Source: Camelus ferus
Taxonomy: Eukaryota
Assembly: GCF_009834535.1 (NCBI RefSeq)
Contig: NC_045697.1
Coordinates: 111,664,001-111,728,000, forward strand
Direction of reading: 5' to 3'
DNA length: 64,000 nucleotides
Shown: positions 61,481 through 64,000 of the stretch, in pieces
How positions within the stretch are numbered: position 1 is the first letter of the stretch
Layout: the number at the start of each line of letters is the position of its first letter
Position numbers and translations under genes: made by a program
Notes under the pieces: generated by a model
What the model saw: the letters and a program-made list of their open reading frames with translations, nothing else
What the model was told of the DNA's origin: nothing
The model's database searches: none

Positions 61481-62754
61481 AATAGATAGAAGGGAGTCCA
61501 GAAGGATGTAAAACAAACCCGTAGCTCTCACTGGAAGGGGTATGTGACTCGAATGGAAGACTGAAAGGTGGGGGCTGAACAAGGAGAAAATAAAGTTAAG
61601 GGATTTGGGGCCTTTTCTTCTATTTCTGTATTAGTTAAAAATTTTTTCCAGTGACTTTTACTCTCTAATTAATAAAGAAATGTTCAGCATATATTAAATT
61701 TTAAAATGTTAAGTTACAACCCAGTACACTTCATAAACCACCTTTTAAGTAGTAACACATGCCATACACACAAAGCAAACCTGGTGCTCACAAGAAAAAA
61801 AATGAGACAGTGGGTGGATTGAATATACAAACTTACTATCGTTTCTTCCTTAAACCCCTAGAAAGATAGTAAAGAAAAATTTAAGGCAGAAACTCACAAG
61901 TGACCAAAGAATAGGAGAGGAACCACATTTTTTAAGTGTAGAGATTGTAAAGCAGGTGGAAGAACATTCCAGGGTGTGGTCTGACGGATGGGCTCCAGGC
62001 TGGTGCAAGTCCTGAGATTAAGGCCCGGAGCCAGCATGCAAGTCAGTTCTGTCTCCAGGCATTGAGAGGATCAGCTCAGGTTTTCAAAGCAAGGTTTCTC
62101 AGCAGAAGACATGGTGTGTCACCTCCTGGGGGGCCAATAACAAATATTTCAGGGATGGCCACTGACAGCACTCGGGTCTGTGTCAACTTCTGGTTCCTCT
62201 CCTCTGATTCTCTCTTGACCTCACATTTCTGTGCAGCTTTTGCCTCCACTTCTCCCCAGAGACTGCTGCTGCCAAGGCTGGGGGAGGCCTCCAGGTGTCT
62301 GAGCCAGTTCTCACCTCTCCTGGTCCTGGATGTCAACAGCTTGATTTTACCATGCCCTCCTTGAGCTATTTCCTTTACCTGGCTTCCGGCTCACTCACCA
62401 CAATCTTGGGGTTTCTTTCCACCTTCCTGGTGAATTCTCAGTCTCCTTGGCTGTTTCCTCTCTTTCGACAACCAGTTTTTAAAAATATTTTTTAATTTTT
62501 TAAAAGTGAAAGTAGGTTTATTCAGGGGGGATCACACACTCCATAGAGAGAGGGCAGGCCGTCTTAAAAGCCCAATTTTAACATTTAAATTCACTAAAAT
62601 TCACTGTTGGTGTACGACTTTTGGAGAATGTGCAGGTAAAGTCGTATAACCAACACCACAGCAGTAGGAGGTTGAGACTCTGGGGAGGTTGAGATGAGGT
62701 GAATGTAACTGGCATGTGCGACAGATGTGAATCTTTGGGACCAGAGGATGGGCT

Positions 62755-63212
62755 GTGGTAGCAAGATAATCTGCCCCCTCTCCCAAAGGTTTTCATGTCT
62801 TTATCCCAAGAACCTACCTCACATGGCAAACAGGACTTTGCAGGTGTGATTAAATTGTGTCCTGACAGCTGGGGGTGCCAGTGGGCTCAATGTGATCACA
62901 AGGGTCCTTATAAGGAAAAGAGAAAGGCAGGAGGGTCAGCCCATGAAGATGCGCGAGGTTTGAAGATGCTACAGTGCAGACTTGAAGATGGAGACAGGGC
63001 TGTGAGCCATCAAATGCGGGCAGCCTCTGGAAGCTGGAAAAGGCAAGAAGGAAATAATTCATTTCTTTCCTGGAGCCCCCAGAAGAGACACAGCCTGGCC
63101 AGCACCTTGATTTCAGGGCCGTTGACCTCCAAACTGTCAGATGGTAAATTTGTGTTGTCTTAAGCCACAAATTTTTTTGTAATTTGTTACAGCAGCTATG
63201 GGAAACCATTAC
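62755..63212 (+). mobile_element. MLT1-type MaLR LTR
   Basis: tacctcacatggcaaacaggactttgcaggtgtgattaa...ggagcccccagaagagacacagcctggcc...aatttgttacagcagc. Confidence 0.8.
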
Positions 63213-63214
63213 AA

Positions 63215-64000
63215 TAGTCAAGATAAGGAACGGTGTCATCAGCCCTTTCCTCCAGAATACTGTAGTTCTGCATCCCTTGATAGTCAGATCCTACCCCCAC
63301 TCTTATCTGTTGACAGGGAGGGATCTGTTCCCATCTCTATATTTTTGTCTTTTCCAGAATGTCATATAAATGGATTCATGCAGCACGTGCCTTTTGAGTC
63401 TGTCTTCTTTTGCTTAGCATAACACATTTGCAATCCATCCATGTTCTGAATGCCAATGGCCCATTCCTCTTCATTACTGAATAATATTCCAGGAATGTAC
63501 CACAGTTTATTTATTCAGCTCCCAGTTGAGGGACCTTTGGGTTGCTTCCAGCTTGAGGCTATTATGGGTAAACCTACTGTAAATATTTGTATAAAAGTTT
63601 TGATGTGAACTTCCCTCAAGTGAAGCTTTCATTCCATTTGGGTAAATACCTAGGAGTGGGACTGCTGAGGCATATGGTCTAACTTTAAAAGAAACTGCTA
63701 GAAAAAACCCACAAAACCCCAAAAACCTAAAGAGAAAAAATTTAAAGAAAGGAAAAAAAAAAAAAAAAACCTGCCAAACTATTTTCCAAAGTAACTGGGC
63801 CATTTGGCATTCCTACCAGCAACTTGAGTTCCAGTTTCTCTGCCTACTTACCAGCACTTGACATTGTCACTGTTTAAACATTGTAGCTCTTCTAATAGGT
63901 GTGTAGTACAGTCTTTGATTTTAATTTGCATTTCACTGATGGGTAGGATATTGAGCATCTTTTGTGGGCCTCTTTGCCATCTGTTTCTTTGATGAAATGC
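63215..64000 (-). mobile_element. Old LINE-1 3' region
   Basis: ttccagaatgtcatataaatgg, gggtaaatacctaggagtggg, ttaatttgcatttc antisense L1 motifs. Confidence 0.8.

Noticed and set aside
52400..64000. Neighbouring TRIM-family gene expected from recalled human synteny downstream of TMEM192
   Set aside because: No RING/B-box/SPRY-like peptide is visible in the ORF track or sequence; the region is almost entirely repeats.

Overview
Mammalian genomic DNA, very probably camelid (Camelus/Vicugna/Lama), judged from about 13 copies of a tRNA-derived SINE resembling camelid Vic-1. It holds one complete protein-coding gene, TMEM192 (lysosomal membrane protein, + strand). The gene has 6 coding exons from 27594 to 47747 that splice in frame through canonical GT-AG sites to 798 nt / 265 aa, and it is driven by a CpG-island promoter with CCAAT, GC-box and ETS motifs. 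The rest is mostly transposon-derived: LINE-1 fragments of many ages (one very young 2.2-kb copy), ERV solo LTRs with 4-bp TSDs, MLT/MER21/MER34-like LTRs, Tigger/MER DNA transposons, and MIR/L2 remnants. I see no evidence of a new multi-gene system. The most notable items are: a composite, multiply inverted L1 insertion with an apparent ~90-bp target-site duplication; an orphan retrocopied mRNA 3' end; sharply exon-specific GC3 suggesting local GC-biased gene conversion; a shifted start codon and lost sorting/dimerisation motifs in TMEM192; nested and twin LTRs; and several headless poly(A)-type insertions. Repeat family names and human/mouse comparisons come from memory, not from a database search.
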